DNA of 64,000 bases. Source: Deltaproteobacteria bacterium (GTDB lineage Bacteria; Bdellovibrionota; JACOXK01). The notes under the pieces were generated by a model. That model searched no databases. It was not told where the DNA came from and saw only the letters and a list, made by a program, of their open reading frames with translations. Made by a program: the position numbers and the translations under genes. Positions 18,524 through 29,136 of this stretch are shown piece by piece; the stretch's first letter is position 1; the number at the start of each line of letters is the position of its first letter. The stretch spans positions 706 through 64,705 of the forward strand of contig JACOXK010000057.1 of NCBI GenBank assembly GCA_016182335.1, read 5' to 3'.

Positions 18524-20293
18524 TTAATAATAAGTATAGTAAAGCTGCGTTTTGCCACCCTGATTTTTCCAAGACAGAAATCTAGAAACATTCAATGACT
18601 CTTCGTAGAGAGTTGATAGAATATTGTCAGCCATAAAAGCATTTGAAATTGAAAATTCAATGGACTGAATACTGTTAGATACAATAAGTTTATACTGCCC
18701 TGCATTTCTAAAGGAAAGAAAACCCCCACCACATACCGAGGTGTGAAGTGTAATGAGATCTGCAGAACTTCCTAATGGCATAGGACGGTGATCCCAGGCG
18801 GAATTTAACTTGGTGAAATTGTCGTTTGTGCTTAAGTAAAACTGACCCTGGTTGTTTTTCCATAATACTTGAGCTGTTTGATCACCCTGGCTTAAACCAA
18901 TGACTGGTTTAAAACTTTTATCCACAACAACACCCAGAGGATTTATCTTGATAGGTTCAGACCAAAGAGTTCCTCCCAAAGAGCTGGAAGAACTCAGCAT
19001 GAACTTAAGATCATCGGCATCATAATAGGCTACAGCGAAATGCTCAGATCCACTTGCGGCATCGAAATGGTTTTTATCAGCAATCACGATGCGTTGTGCC
19101 GCTTGAGTTCGAGGGTCTAGCACAGAAGGGTTAACTGTGAACCTCTGGCTACCCATCAGTTGGACACTCCAGAGCTTTCTGTCTTGATCTACTACACTCA
19201 ACAATCGCAAATTTCCCTGTTTATCTTGCATTATTTTAAGTGTTTCTTGCGGATCCTGCTCAAGACCTTGGGCTAAACCAAAAATGTTTGAGAAGGGAAG
19301 TGTTGAAAATCGAGTTTCATGAGATGAAAAAGTATCAGAGATAAAAATATCGTAGGTGACTGGTTGCTGTTGAGCAGCTTTTCTTTTGACAATACCAACA
19401 AAATAAGTTTCACCGTTATCAAAAAGAGGAAACGTTTGAACTAATTCATAATATCTTTTTTCATAACGTGTTTCCAGTGTGCGGTGTTGAAAAGTGTCTC
19501 TTTCAAAATCATAAAAGGAAAACCCCAATTTGATTTTGTCGTTTGTGCCAGTAGATGTGTGTTCGACATATTCATAGGAAAGAACATAAAGATTTCTAAA
19601 ATCATGCGGAATTTTTGTTATTCCTGGGGCTTCGTAAGATACTCGTGTAATAGTTGTTCCCACAGCTTGTGTGAGGTGAGTTTGAGGTGAAAGTGTGCGC
19701 TGTCTTACATCCATTTGACCAGCAATATTAGGATAAATCTGAACAAGCAGAAGCTCCCCCACATGGGTTGTATCATGACCCAAAAGGGTGATGAGATTGC
19801 CGCGTCCGCCTCTCCACTGGTCTATGCTAATGGTTTTTGTTGCATCAAGATCGCTTAAAAATTCAGGTGGAGGACTGATAATCAAATTAGGTCGAACTGC
19901 AACACTAGCCTGACCTGATATGTGTCCTTTCAAAGTGTCACCACTGACGACGACGGACTCCAGTCCAGACCTCAAAGAAGTTATACAACCCGAGCGTTCA
20001 ATTTCGAGAATGGAGGAAGCTCTTCGTGAAGAGGACGTCAGAGTAGAAAGGGGGCTAAATTGAATGTTCTGGATATTAACGTTGGAATAGGCCATTCCCA
20101 AGAAGTTACCGCGTCCGTCGTAAGTTCCGGGGTAGATTTTCTCAGTAGCTCCTACCGACATTTCAATATTTTGAATTTGTTTTCCAAAAGCATCAGCAGG
20201 CGCTATGGAGCGTGGGAGCTCAACTTTTTGGATGTCACATGACATACAAAAAAACGCGAAAAATAAATATTTTAGTGTGTTTTTTTCCTTCAT
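18524..20293 (-). CDS. hypothetical lipoprotein (589 aa)
   Basis: The N-terminus MKEKNTLKYLFFAFFCMSC carries a lipobox. The rest is a Ser/Thr/Gly-rich extracytoplasmic protein with no confident domain. Confidence 0.5.
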   Translation of the reverse strand: MKEKNTLKYLFFAFFCMSCDIQKVELPRSIAPADAFGKQIQNIEMSVGATEKIYPGTYDGRGNFLGMAYSNVNIQNIQFSPLSTLTSSSRRASSILEIERSGCITSLRSGLESVVVSGDTLKGHISGQASVAVRPNLIISPPPEFLSDLDATKTISIDQWRGGRGNLITLLGHDTTHVGELLLVQIYPNIAGQMDVRQRTLSPQTHLTQAVGTTITRVSYEAPGITKIPHDFRNLYVLSYEYVEHTSTGTNDKIKLGFSFYDFERDTFQHRTLETRYEKRYYELVQTFPLFDNGETYFVGIVKRKAAQQQPVTYDIFISDTFSSHETRFSTLPFSNIFGLAQGLEQDPQETLKIMQDKQGNLRLLSVVDQDRKLWSVQLMGSQRFTVNPSVLDPRTQAAQRIVIADKNHFDAASGSEHFAVAYYDADDLKFMLSSSSSLGGTLWSEPIKINPLGVVVDKSFKPVIGLSQGDQTAQVLWKNNQGQFYLSTNDNFTKLNSAWDHRPMPLGSSADLITLHTSVCGGGFLSFRNAGQYKLIVSNSIQSIEFSISNAFMADNILSTLYEESLNVSRFLSWKNQGGKTQLYYTYY

Positions 20294-20428
20294 GAATTTT
20301 TGTGGGATCGACTCCTATTTTATCGCATCTAGGGTGTTAAAACAATTGGCACAGTTTTTGAAAAGAAAACCGTCAGGCAGGTTTGATAATAAGTGTCTGG
20401 TAGTTTTAAGGTGATTTTGATATAACAT

Positions 20429-22561
20429 ATGAAAATGTCTGAAAAAAACATCAGTTTTGCCATTCAAGGGATGCATTGCGCCTCGTGTGCAGCCAAGATA
20501 GAGAAGACATTCAAAACAAATGCTCAAGTGTCAAACATTTCTGTTAATTTTGCTAGTTCCAGAGCTCTTGTTGAATCAACACTTACTTTTGAAGAGATTA
20601 AAAAGATCATCCAGGATTTGGGTTACCAAGCCTATTCTCTTCAAGAAAAAAACACTCAAGACCAGGATTTGGAAGCTCGCAAAAATGAAATACTGATAGC
20701 TTTGTCCTGCAGTTTTGTAGTTTTTCTCATCTCCATGGTTTTTCACATCGAAACCCTTTGGGGTTTTACAGTGCAAGCTCTTTTATCTTCTATCGTTCTT
20801 TTTTATCCAGGAAGGTATTTTTTTATTTCTGCTTGGAAAAATCTTAAAAAACTTTCAACTAATATGGACACTCTTATCGCATTGGGTTCCGGGTCTGCCT
20901 ATGGCTATAGTTTTATGGCTCTATTTCAAGACGAGCCTTTGTATTTCGAAACAGCTTCTCTGATTATATCCTTTGTTTTAGTTGGAAATTATTTAGAAAG
21001 AAAATCTAAACAAAAATCTAATGAAGCATTGAACCAATTAATTCAAATGACTCCACAGGTGGGCCGTGTCATCAAAGGGAAAGAAGAACAAGTCGTCCCC
21101 ATTTCTGAAATACATGTGGGAGATCATTTATTGATTAAACCTGGGGAGCACATTCCACTGGATGGGAAAGTTGTCGAAGGTATTTCTTCTATTGATGAGT
21201 CCACGATGACGGGAGAAAGCCTTCCCTCTGAAAAAAAAGAAGGAGATTATGTCTATGCCGCTACAATCAACAAAAGTGGGGCTTTGCATATTGAAGTTAC
21301 AAAAAAAAATACAGAAACTCTTTTTGCAAAACTAATTGAACTTGTAGATCGGGCCCAGAGCTCTAAGGGGCGTTATCAGAGGTTGGCTGATGTTGTATCT
21401 TCTTACTTTGTTCCAGCCATCTGTGTTCTATCGGTTCTCACTTTTGTAGGATGGTTTTTGAATGATGATGTATCGTTAGCATTGAAGTATGCCATTGCTG
21501 TTCTTGTCATTGCCTGCCCTTGTGCTTTGGGATTGGCAACCCCAATAGCAGTTGTCACTGCTGTGGGTCAGGCGGCCAGGCGTGGAATTCTCTTCAAAAA
21601 TGCTGAAGTTCTCAATCTTCTTTCTAAAACAAAAGTTCTTTTTTTTGATAAAACAGGGACTATTACAAGGGCTCACCCTGTAGTTCATCAAGTCGTTCCA
21701 CTTTCTAAAAAGTTTACAGTAAAGGACATATTAAAACTTGCCTCTGCCGGTGAAAAAAAGTCAGAGCATCCACTGAGCATTGCCGTTGTAGAAAGAGCGA
21801 AAGCCTTGTCTCTAGAGATTGATTCAGCTTTGCATTTTAAAAATTTTGAGGGAAAAGGGATTTCTTTTCAAGTTGCAAGTAGGTCCTTGCTCGTAGGAAA
21901 TGAGGTATTTATGAAGGAAAATAATATCCCTCTAGAAAATTCCCAAAGAACTCTTGAAGAGTTTAAAAATTTTGCTTTTACGACTGTGTTTGTTTCCATT
22001 GATGGCGTTTTGGAGGGGGTTTTACTTATCTCAGATGAAATTCGTGAAAATGTGAGAGAAACAATTCAAAAGTTAAAACAACTTTCTATTCATCCTATGA
22101 TGGTAACAGGGGATAATCCCCAAACAGCTAAAGCTGTTGCAGCAATTATTGGTGTTGAAGATACTTTTGCGAACTTAAAACCTGATGAAAAATTAGAGAA
22201 AATCAAAGAATATCAAAGAAGAGGTCATGTAACTGCCATGGTTGGAGATGGTGTGAATGATGCTCCAGCTCTTGCCACTTCTGATGTTGGCATTGCTGTT
22301 GAGGGCGGCAGCCACATAGCGCTTGAATCGGCTGATGTAACACTCCTCAAGGGAGATTTTTCAAGGATTGTCTCTGTTTTTGAAATTGCAAGGAAATCAG
22401 TGCGGATTATGAAGCAAAACTTATTTTGGGCTTTCTTTTATAATGTTGTCGCTATTCCCTTTGCAGCGCTTGGGTATCTTCATCCGGTGCTTGCGGCAGC
22501 GGCTATGTCGGCTAGCTCATTGACTGTAGTTTTCAATGCATTAAGACTCAGGAAATCTTGA
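20429..22561 (+). CDS. copA: copper-translocating P1B-type ATPase
   Basis: HMA domain [12 protein letters not shown], the CPC motif [27 protein letters not shown]. 710 aa. Confidence 0.9.
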   Translation: MKMSEKNISFAIQGMHCASCAAKIEKTFKTNAQVSNISVNFASSRALVESTLTFEEIKKIIQDLGYQAYSLQEKNTQDQDLEARKNEILIALSCSFVVFLISMVFHIETLWGFTVQALLSSIVLFYPGRYFFISAWKNLKKLSTNMDTLIALGSGSAYGYSFMALFQDEPLYFETASLIISFVLVGNYLERKSKQKSNEALNQLIQMTPQVGRVIKGKEEQVVPISEIHVGDHLLIKPGEHIPLDGKVVEGISSIDESTMTGESLPSEKKEGDYVYAATINKSGALHIEVTKKNTETLFAKLIELVDRAQSSKGRYQRLADVVSSYFVPAICVLSVLTFVGWFLNDDVSLALKYAIAVLVIACPCALGLATPIAVVTAVGQAARRGILFKNAEVLNLLSKTKVLFFDKTGTITRAHPVVHQVVPLSKKFTVKDILKLASAGEKKSEHPLSIAVVERAKALSLEIDSALHFKNFEGKGISFQVASRSLLVGNEVFMKENNIPLENSQRTLEEFKNFAFTTVFVSIDGVLEGVLLISDEIRENVRETIQKLKQLSIHPMMVTGDNPQTAKAVAAIIGVEDTFANLKPDEKLEKIKEYQRRGHVTAMVGDGVNDAPALATSDVGIAVEGGSHIALESADVTLLKGDFSRIVSVFEIARKSVRIMKQNLFWAFFYNVVAIPFAALGYLHPVLAAAAMSASSLTVVFNALRLRKS

Positions 22562-24354
22562 CCACAGCACACATTCGAAATTTTTGTATTATTGCTCACA
22601 TTGATCATGGAAAGTCTACGCTTGCAGACAGAATTCTGGACCTGACCCAAGCCATTACAGAAAGGGAGAAGCGGGATCAGTACCTGGATACCATGGAACT
22701 GGAGCAAGAACGTGGCATTACTATTAAGGCTCAAAGTGTTCGACTCAAATATAAGGCCAACGACGGGCAAGAGTATTACTTCAATTTGATTGATACGCCA
22801 GGACACGTCGATTTTACCTACGAGGTTTCAAAAAGTCTTTCAGCTTGTGAGGGAGCTATTCTCATTGTGGATGCTGCTCAGGGTGTTGAAGCTCAAACTG
22901 TAGCAAATCTTTACCTTGCTCTGGATAATAATCTTACAATTATTCCAGTGGTTAATAAAATCGACTTACCCAATGCCGATATTGAAAGGGCTAAATTAGA
23001 ACTTGAAGACTTAGGTGTTGATTCTTCAGATGCGGTTTGCATTAGCGCCAAAACGGGTTTGAACGTTGAGAAGGTTTTAGAGGCAGTCGTAAAAATTATT
23101 CCTCCCCCCTCCGACATGAGCCAAAAGCCCCTGAAAGCTCTCATTTTCGACAGTTGGTACGACTCTTATAAAGGCGTTATTGTGCTTACTCGAGTTTTCG
23201 AAGGAAAAATTCAAAAGGGGCAAAAAATCAGACTTGTGGCATCGCAGCGAACTTACGAAGTACAAGAATTGGGGTTTTTTACTCCCAAACCTATACCCGT
23301 TGTAGAGTTATGCTCAGGAGAAGTAGGTTTTGTGATCTGTGCTATTAAAAATATTGGTGATACAAAAGTCGGGGAAACAATTACGGACGAAGAACACCCG
23401 TGTGAAAAACCTTTACCAGACTTTAAAGATGTTAAACCCCTTGTCTACAGTGGATTCTTTCCAACGTCTGCCAAGGAGTTTGATCCCCTGCGTGACGCGT
23501 TAGAAAAGCTTCAGCTTAATGATTATTCTTTTTGTTTTGAACCAGAATCTTCTGTAGCTCTTGGATCTGGTTTTCGGTGTGGTTTCTTAGGCCTTCTTCA
23601 TATGGAAATTATTCAGCAACGTCTTGAGCGAGAATATAATTTGAACCTGATCGCAACGGCCCCATCGGTTGTATACGAGATTATTCTTAATAATAAGGAC
23701 ATGATTCACATTGAGAATCCCTCAGAACTACCGGATCCAACCAAAATAGATGAAATTCGTGAACCTATGGTCGAAGTTCACATCCACACTCCCCCCGATT
23801 ATATCGGAGCGCTGATTACATTGTGTATTGACAGACGGGGAATTCAAAAGAAAATTGAATATTTATCAGATCGAAGAGCCGTTCTTTCTTTTAACCTTCC
23901 ATTTAACGAAATTATTTTTGATTTTTATGACAAGCTCAAATCCATTTCTCAAGGATATGCCTCTATGGATTACAACGTCATAGGCTATCAAACCTCTGAT
24001 CTTGTAAAGCTTGATATTTTGGTTAACGGAAAGCCAGTCGATGCGCTATCATTTATAGTCCATCGCACTCGGGCTTTTCATAAAGGGCGGGAACTTGTGA
24101 AAAAGATGCGAGAAGTGATTCCTCGCCAAATGTTTGAAGTAGCGCTTCAAGCAGCTATTGGCTCGCGCGTCATAGCTCGTGAAAGTGTCAAAGCTTTGCG
24201 AAAAAATGTTACGGCAAAGTGTTACGGGGGCGATATTACAAGGAAAAGAAAACTGCTAGAAAAACAAAAGGCTGGCAAAAAGAAGATGAAAATGATAGGA
24301 AATGTGGAAATCCCTCAAGAAGCGTTTCTTGCTATTTTGAAGGTAGAAGATTAA
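22558..24354 (+). CDS. lepA: elongation factor 4 (LepA)
   Basis: [34 protein letters not shown] and the LepA-specific C-terminal domain. TTG start overlapping the copA stop. Confidence 0.95.
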   Translation: MTTAHIRNFCIIAHIDHGKSTLADRILDLTQAITEREKRDQYLDTMELEQERGITIKAQSVRLKYKANDGQEYYFNLIDTPGHVDFTYEVSKSLSACEGAILIVDAAQGVEAQTVANLYLALDNNLTIIPVVNKIDLPNADIERAKLELEDLGVDSSDAVCISAKTGLNVEKVLEAVVKIIPPPSDMSQKPLKALIFDSWYDSYKGVIVLTRVFEGKIQKGQKIRLVASQRTYEVQELGFFTPKPIPVVELCSGEVGFVICAIKNIGDTKVGETITDEEHPCEKPLPDFKDVKPLVYSGFFPTSAKEFDPLRDALEKLQLNDYSFCFEPESSVALGSGFRCGFLGLLHMEIIQQRLEREYNLNLIATAPSVVYEIILNNKDMIHIENPSELPDPTKIDEIREPMVEVHIHTPPDYIGALITLCIDRRGIQKKIEYLSDRRAVLSFNLPFNEIIFDFYDKLKSISQGYASMDYNVIGYQTSDLVKLDILVNGKPVDALSFIVHRTRAFHKGRELVKKMREVIPRQMFEVALQAAIGSRVIARESVKALRKNVTAKCYGGDITRKRKLLEKQKAGKKKMKMIGNVEIPQEAFLAILKVED

Positions 24355-24360
24355 CTTGTT

Positions 24361-25185
24361 ATGGTAATGCAGAAGATCGATCAACCTAAAAAAAGCGGGC
24401 ACAAAAGAGAAGCTTTTGAAGCCATTTTCGTGGCCCTCCTTATCGCCGTCCTTTTAAGGGCTTTTATTGTTGAAGCCTTTGTTATTCCCTCACCCTCCAT
24501 GGTTCCCACCCTTTTAGAAGGAGATTTTATACTTGTTAATAAGTTTGCTTATGGTTTGAGAATTCCTTTTACAAAAAAGAGGGTTCTTTATCAGGGGCGC
24601 ACTCCAAAACCTGGAGAAATTATAATTTTCATGTTCCCATGGGAGCAGGCCCCTATTTTCCAAAGAGACTACAAGGGTAAAGATTTCATTAAACGTGTTG
24701 TAGGGGTTCCAGGAGATAGAATACGAGTAGGGGATTATAAGAAAACACTACCTGATGGAAGTGAAGTTCTTGTTGAAGGTCAGCTTTTTGTGAACGATCA
24801 ACCTGTCCAGAAGGTAAAAATTTCTGATTTAGAAGACCTTGAAGATTTTTCCGGACCAGCTTCGCTCTTTGAAGAAGAGATTCAAGGTATTAAACACATG
24901 ATTCGTGAAAAAAAGAATAAAGCATTTTCTGGAGGAAAATACTACCCAAGACCTGGAGAAGAAAGCTATTTTACAGTCCCGCAGAACTCCTTGTTTGTCA
25001 TGGGAGACAATCGCGATAACAGTTCTGATAGCCGCTCCTGGGGTGTCGTCCCTATGGAGAATTTAAAAGGCACAGCTCTTTTTATATGGATGTCAGTAGA
25101 ACTGGGAGAAAGTAGCAATTTTTTCATGCGCCTTATCAAGTCGAAAGGAGTCCGGTGGAATAGAATATCCAAAATCATTCTATGA
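24361..25185 (+). CDS. lepB: signal peptidase I
   Basis: S26 motifs SPSMVPTL, GDNRDNSSDSRSWG. N-terminal TM. Confidence 0.85.
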   Translation: MVMQKIDQPKKSGHKREAFEAIFVALLIAVLLRAFIVEAFVIPSPSMVPTLLEGDFILVNKFAYGLRIPFTKKRVLYQGRTPKPGEIIIFMFPWEQAPIFQRDYKGKDFIKRVVGVPGDRIRVGDYKKTLPDGSEVLVEGQLFVNDQPVQKVKISDLEDLEDFSGPASLFEEEIQGIKHMIREKKNKAFSGGKYYPRPGEESYFTVPQNSLFVMGDNRDNSSDSRSWGVVPMENLKGTALFIWMSVELGESSNFFMRLIKSKGVRWNRISKIIL

Positions 25186-26129
25186 AGCACTTACTGGGAG
25201 TTAAAGAACTTGATACGGCAACCATTAAATCTATCCTGAAAGAAGCTTTTTATTTCAAAAAACAAGTCGAAAAAAAAGATCCAAAGTTATCAACTCTGCT
25301 CAAAAATGACGTTGTAGCCAATGTTTTTTTTGAGCCAAGCACACGAACCCGTGTTTCATTCGAAATTGCAGCAAAAAAATTAGGAGCCTCGGTTATTAAC
25401 GTATTGGCAGAATCTTCTAGTATTGTTAAGGGCGAGACTATTTTTGATACTCTTTTAAACCTTGAAGCTATGGGGGTCGATTTATTTATTTTAAGACACA
25501 ATCAGTCCGGAATGCCACATTATCTGTCTAAATACTTGAAAACTCCTGTCATTAACGCAGGGGATGGCTCTCATGAACACCCAACGCAGGCTCTTTTAGA
25601 CCTTATGACAATAGTTGAATACAAGAAGAATTTGAAAAATCTTAAAGTCGTGATTGTTGGAGATATCTTGCACAGTCGTGTTGCGCGATCCAATATTTTT
25701 TGTCTTTCGAAATTTGTATCTCAAGTCACTCTATGTAGTCTTCCAACCTTAATACCTAAAGGATTTTCAGAATTGGATGTTTCCATATCTTACAATTTAC
25801 AAGAATCTGTTAAAGATGCAGACATTATAATGGTGTTAAGGCTTCAGAAAGAACGCCATGAACAAAATGATATCCCCTCTATCAAAGAATATATTAAATA
25901 CTGTCAACTTAATGAGAAATTAAAGTTTCCAAAAGATGCCTTGATTATGCACCCAGGCCCGGTAAATAGAAATGTAGAAATGAGTGATGGGCTTTATCAC
26001 TCGTCTCAGTCGGTTGTTCTTTCACAGGTGCGAAACGGATTACCAATGCGGATGGCACTCATTTCGCGTTTTCTGAATAAAGACCATAAAAAAATAAAAA
26101 CTAAAAAATTAACAGCATATGACGGGTAG
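25182..26129 (+). CDS. pyrB: aspartate carbamoyltransferase catalytic subunit
   Basis: FFEPSTRTRVSFE, HPTQALLD, HPGP. Confidence 0.9.
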   Translation: MKHLLGVKELDTATIKSILKEAFYFKKQVEKKDPKLSTLLKNDVVANVFFEPSTRTRVSFEIAAKKLGASVINVLAESSSIVKGETIFDTLLNLEAMGVDLFILRHNQSGMPHYLSKYLKTPVINAGDGSHEHPTQALLDLMTIVEYKKNLKNLKVVIVGDILHSRVARSNIFCLSKFVSQVTLCSLPTLIPKGFSELDVSISYNLQESVKDADIIMVLRLQKERHEQNDIPSIKEYIKYCQLNEKLKFPKDALIMHPGPVNRNVEMSDGLYHSSQSVVLSQVRNGLPMRMALISRFLNKDHKKIKTKKLTAYDG

Positions 26130-27420
26130 AAAAATGGTTACATTAATTAAAAATCTAAAAATATTTAATCCAGGACACAAAATTTTTGAAGGGTCGATAG
26201 TTCTCAAAGAAGGGAAAATTGCTGATATTATTAAAAATAAAAGTCAGAAGTGGGACGATTCTCATTTTGAGAAAGTCATCGACGGAAAGGGGCTTCATTG
26301 TTTTCCTGGTTTTATTGATCTGCACAGTCACCTAAGGGAACCTGGTTTTGAAGAATGTGAAACCATTGAATCGGGCTCGAAATCTGCTGCTGCAGGTGGT
26401 TTTACAACGGTGTGTTGTATGCCCAATACGAATCCTGTAAACGATCATCCTCGAGTGACTCATCTGATTCAAGAAAAAATTCAAAACCATGCTGTCATAA
26501 AAGTTTTTCCTATTGGAGCTATTTCAGAAGGCTTAGAAGGTAAGAAACTAGCCCATATCGGTTTGTGTATTGAAGAAGGAATCGTTGCCATTTCTGATGA
26601 CGGACGTTGTGTGACTTCAACTGCCTTTATGCAAAAGGCCTTAGCCTATTCCAGGCAGTTTGAAATTCCCGTTGTTGTGCATGCTGAGGATCCAGAACTT
26701 GTTTATGATGCTGGTATTCATACGGGTAGACGCGCTTCTCTCTTGGGACTCAAGGGAAGCCCTGCTTTAGCTGAAGAGGTTATTGTTTCCCGAGATATTA
26801 TTCTTGCAGAAAGGAGTCGTGCCAAACTTCACATTGCCCATGTTTCGTCGTGGCAGGCTCTCAAACATATTGAGCGGGCAAAAGATAGAGGAGTTTCTGT
26901 TACCTGTGAGGTGTGTCCGCATCATCTTGTTCTTACTGAAAAAGCAGCGGATGATTTTAACACTTTGGCGAAAGTGGCCCCTCCTTTGCGGACTGAAAAA
27001 CATCAGATTGCTTTACGCAAGGCCTTGAAAGACGGTGTTATTGATGCCATCGCAACGGATCACGCCCCGTGGGCAGAGAAATATAAGGATCTTCCTTTTC
27101 AAGAAGCCGCGTGCGGTATTGCTGGGTTTGAGACGGCTTTTGCTTTGAGTTATTCGCTAGTTTTAAAAAAAGTCATAAGTCTTGATCAATTGATATCTAA
27201 GCTTACGGTTGAGCCAGCTCGCATTTTTGGGTTTAAGAAACCAGAAATTAAAAAAGCACAGAGCGCTGATCTCACACTTGTAAACCTTTCGCAGAAATAT
27301 CAAATTGATTCACAACAATTTCTTTCGAAATCAAGAAACACTCCCTTTCATGGAATGAAAGTTCAGGGAAAAATTAAATATACTTTTTGTCGCGGTGCAC
27401 TTGTTTATGGCGACATCTGA
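26119..27420 (+). CDS. pyrC: dihydroorotase (class I, ~430 aa)
   Basis: GFIDLHSHLREPG metal-binding motif and amidohydrolase fold. Lies between pyrB and carA. Confidence 0.8.
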   Translation: MTGRKMVTLIKNLKIFNPGHKIFEGSIVLKEGKIADIIKNKSQKWDDSHFEKVIDGKGLHCFPGFIDLHSHLREPGFEECETIESGSKSAAAGGFTTVCCMPNTNPVNDHPRVTHLIQEKIQNHAVIKVFPIGAISEGLEGKKLAHIGLCIEEGIVAISDDGRCVTSTAFMQKALAYSRQFEIPVVVHAEDPELVYDAGIHTGRRASLLGLKGSPALAEEVIVSRDIILAERSRAKLHIAHVSSWQALKHIERAKDRGVSVTCEVCPHHLVLTEKAADDFNTLAKVAPPLRTEKHQIALRKALKDGVIDAIATDHAPWAEKYKDLPFQEAACGIAGFETAFALSYSLVLKKVISLDQLISKLTVEPARIFGFKKPEIKKAQSADLTLVNLSQKYQIDSQQFLSKSRNTPFHGMKVQGKIKYTFCRGALVYGDI

Positions 27421-28504
27421 AGCATTTCTTTTTCTTGAAGATGGGACGTTAATTCATGGAAAATCTTGTGGAGCCAGAGGAACCTCTGTAGGAGAGCTCG
27501 TCTTTAACACCTCTATGTCGGGTTACCAGGAGATTTTAACGGACCCTTCTTATTATGGGCAAATTATCACAATGACGTTTCCTCATATTGGCAACTATGG
27601 CACCTCACCTCTTGATGACGAATCTGACAAAGTGTGGGCCAAAGGTCTTGTTGTCAAAGATATGTGTGAAAAGCCTCGATTGAGAGCCACTCTGTCTCTG
27701 CCTAGTTACTTAGCAAACAACAATACGGTTGCCATTAGTGGGATTGATACAAGAAAACTGACAAGAAAGTTAAGATCACAAGGTTCTTTGAAGGCCGTCA
27801 TCACAACAGAATCAACTAATTCAAAGAATTTATTCAAAATTCTTGAGAAAGAGCCCCCGATGCTGGGAAGAAATTTAAGCTTTGATGTCAGTTGTAAAAA
27901 ACACTATAGAATTGAAAATAAGCAAGCACAGTGGCGAATTGTCGCAATCGATTTTGGGATTAAAAAATCAATTTTAAAATATCTGAAAGAGAGAGGTTGT
28001 GAAATACACGTCGTTCCAGCCTGGTCCACGGCGGAGGAGATCTTATCGCTTCACCCACAGGCTCTCTTTCTTTCCAATGGGCCTGGAGATCCTGCTGCTG
28101 TTACGACCGCCATTGAAACGATTCGTAACCTCGTAGGAACTATGCCTATTTTTGGGATTTGTCTTGGACATCAGCTCTTATGCCTAGCCCTTGGCGCCAC
28201 AACGTATAAGCTCAAATTCGGTCATCGGGGCGCAAACCATCCGGTATTAAATCCTGCTAAAAACAGTGTTGAAATAACGACTCATAATCATGGATTCGCT
28301 GTCAATCATCCTGGAGCTTCGAAAAGCGAAGGATCTCATGAAGTGAGCATTCAAAATCTCAACGACCATACTCTTGAAGGAATTTATGATCCAAAAAATT
28401 TTCTGCTTTCGATTCAGTACCATCCAGAGTCTTCCCCAGGCCCACTGGACTCCCTTTACTTATTTGATAAGTTTGTTGAAATGATGAGGGGGTTTCACAA
28501 ATGA
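27395..28504 (+). CDS. carA: carbamoyl-phosphate synthase small (glutaminase) subunit
   Basis: CPSase small-subunit N-domain and a GATase catalytic triad region GICLGHQLL. Confidence 0.9.
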   Translation: MHLFMATSEAFLFLEDGTLIHGKSCGARGTSVGELVFNTSMSGYQEILTDPSYYGQIITMTFPHIGNYGTSPLDDESDKVWAKGLVVKDMCEKPRLRATLSLPSYLANNNTVAISGIDTRKLTRKLRSQGSLKAVITTESTNSKNLFKILEKEPPMLGRNLSFDVSCKKHYRIENKQAQWRIVAIDFGIKKSILKYLKERGCEIHVVPAWSTAEEILSLHPQALFLSNGPGDPAAVTTAIETIRNLVGTMPIFGICLGHQLLCLALGATTYKLKFGHRGANHPVLNPAKNSVEITTHNHGFAVNHPGASKSEGSHEVSIQNLNDHTLEGIYDPKNFLLSIQYHPESSPGPLDSLYLFDKFVEMMRGFHK

Positions 28505-29136
28505 TTGCTGAGCAGTATTTAGATCGCATTATCGAAACTTATACGACCGGAAAATATGAGCAACAGGTTCGACATGCTAAGGGAGAGTTTTTTAAATTAA
28601 CAGGTGTTGTTTTTGAAAATGACCCTTTTTTTGAAGAAAGAATGGATTTATTTCTTGAATGGTACCTCTTTACAAGGCCTTTAGACAATCACGATATGCC
28701 CCCGGTTAAACTATTTTATTTAGAGGGAGAAAAAAAGTTTAATCATGAAGAACGAGATGTTTATTTTGGATTAACGCAAATTCTCCACAGTCTATTTCAA
28801 CTTAAAAAAATTAAGAAAAATATTTTTTATTTGAAAGATTTTTTTATGGATAAAGCGGTTCAAGTTTGTGTGACTGATACTTTAACTCTGAGTTGTGGAG
28901 ATATATTCGAAGCGCGTCTCATACCGTATCAGGGAAAATATTATTTTGGAAAAGGTTTTTGTTATCATTCCCCTCAAACTAAAACTTTTATAGAACAGAG
29001 AATTAAAAAGATTAAACATCTTGATGAAACCTTCAAACAAAAATTGCTTTTGGATTTAGCTTCGATGAGATTAAAGCATGATCGCTACCCGCACATTGAT
29101 CTTAAACATATTTACTCGCTTGATTCTAAAATTTAA
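28501..29136 (+). CDS. hypothetical protein translationally coupled between carA and carB
   Basis: 211 aa with no recognisable motif. Its start overlaps the carA stop and its stop overlaps the carB start (TAATG). Confidence 0.5.
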   Translation: MIAEQYLDRIIETYTTGKYEQQVRHAKGEFFKLTGVVFENDPFFEERMDLFLEWYLFTRPLDNHDMPPVKLFYLEGEKKFNHEERDVYFGLTQILHSLFQLKKIKKNIFYLKDFFMDKAVQVCVTDTLTLSCGDIFEARLIPYQGKYYFGKGFCYHSPQTKTFIEQRIKKIKHLDETFKQKLLLDLASMRLKHDRYPHIDLKHIYSLDSKI

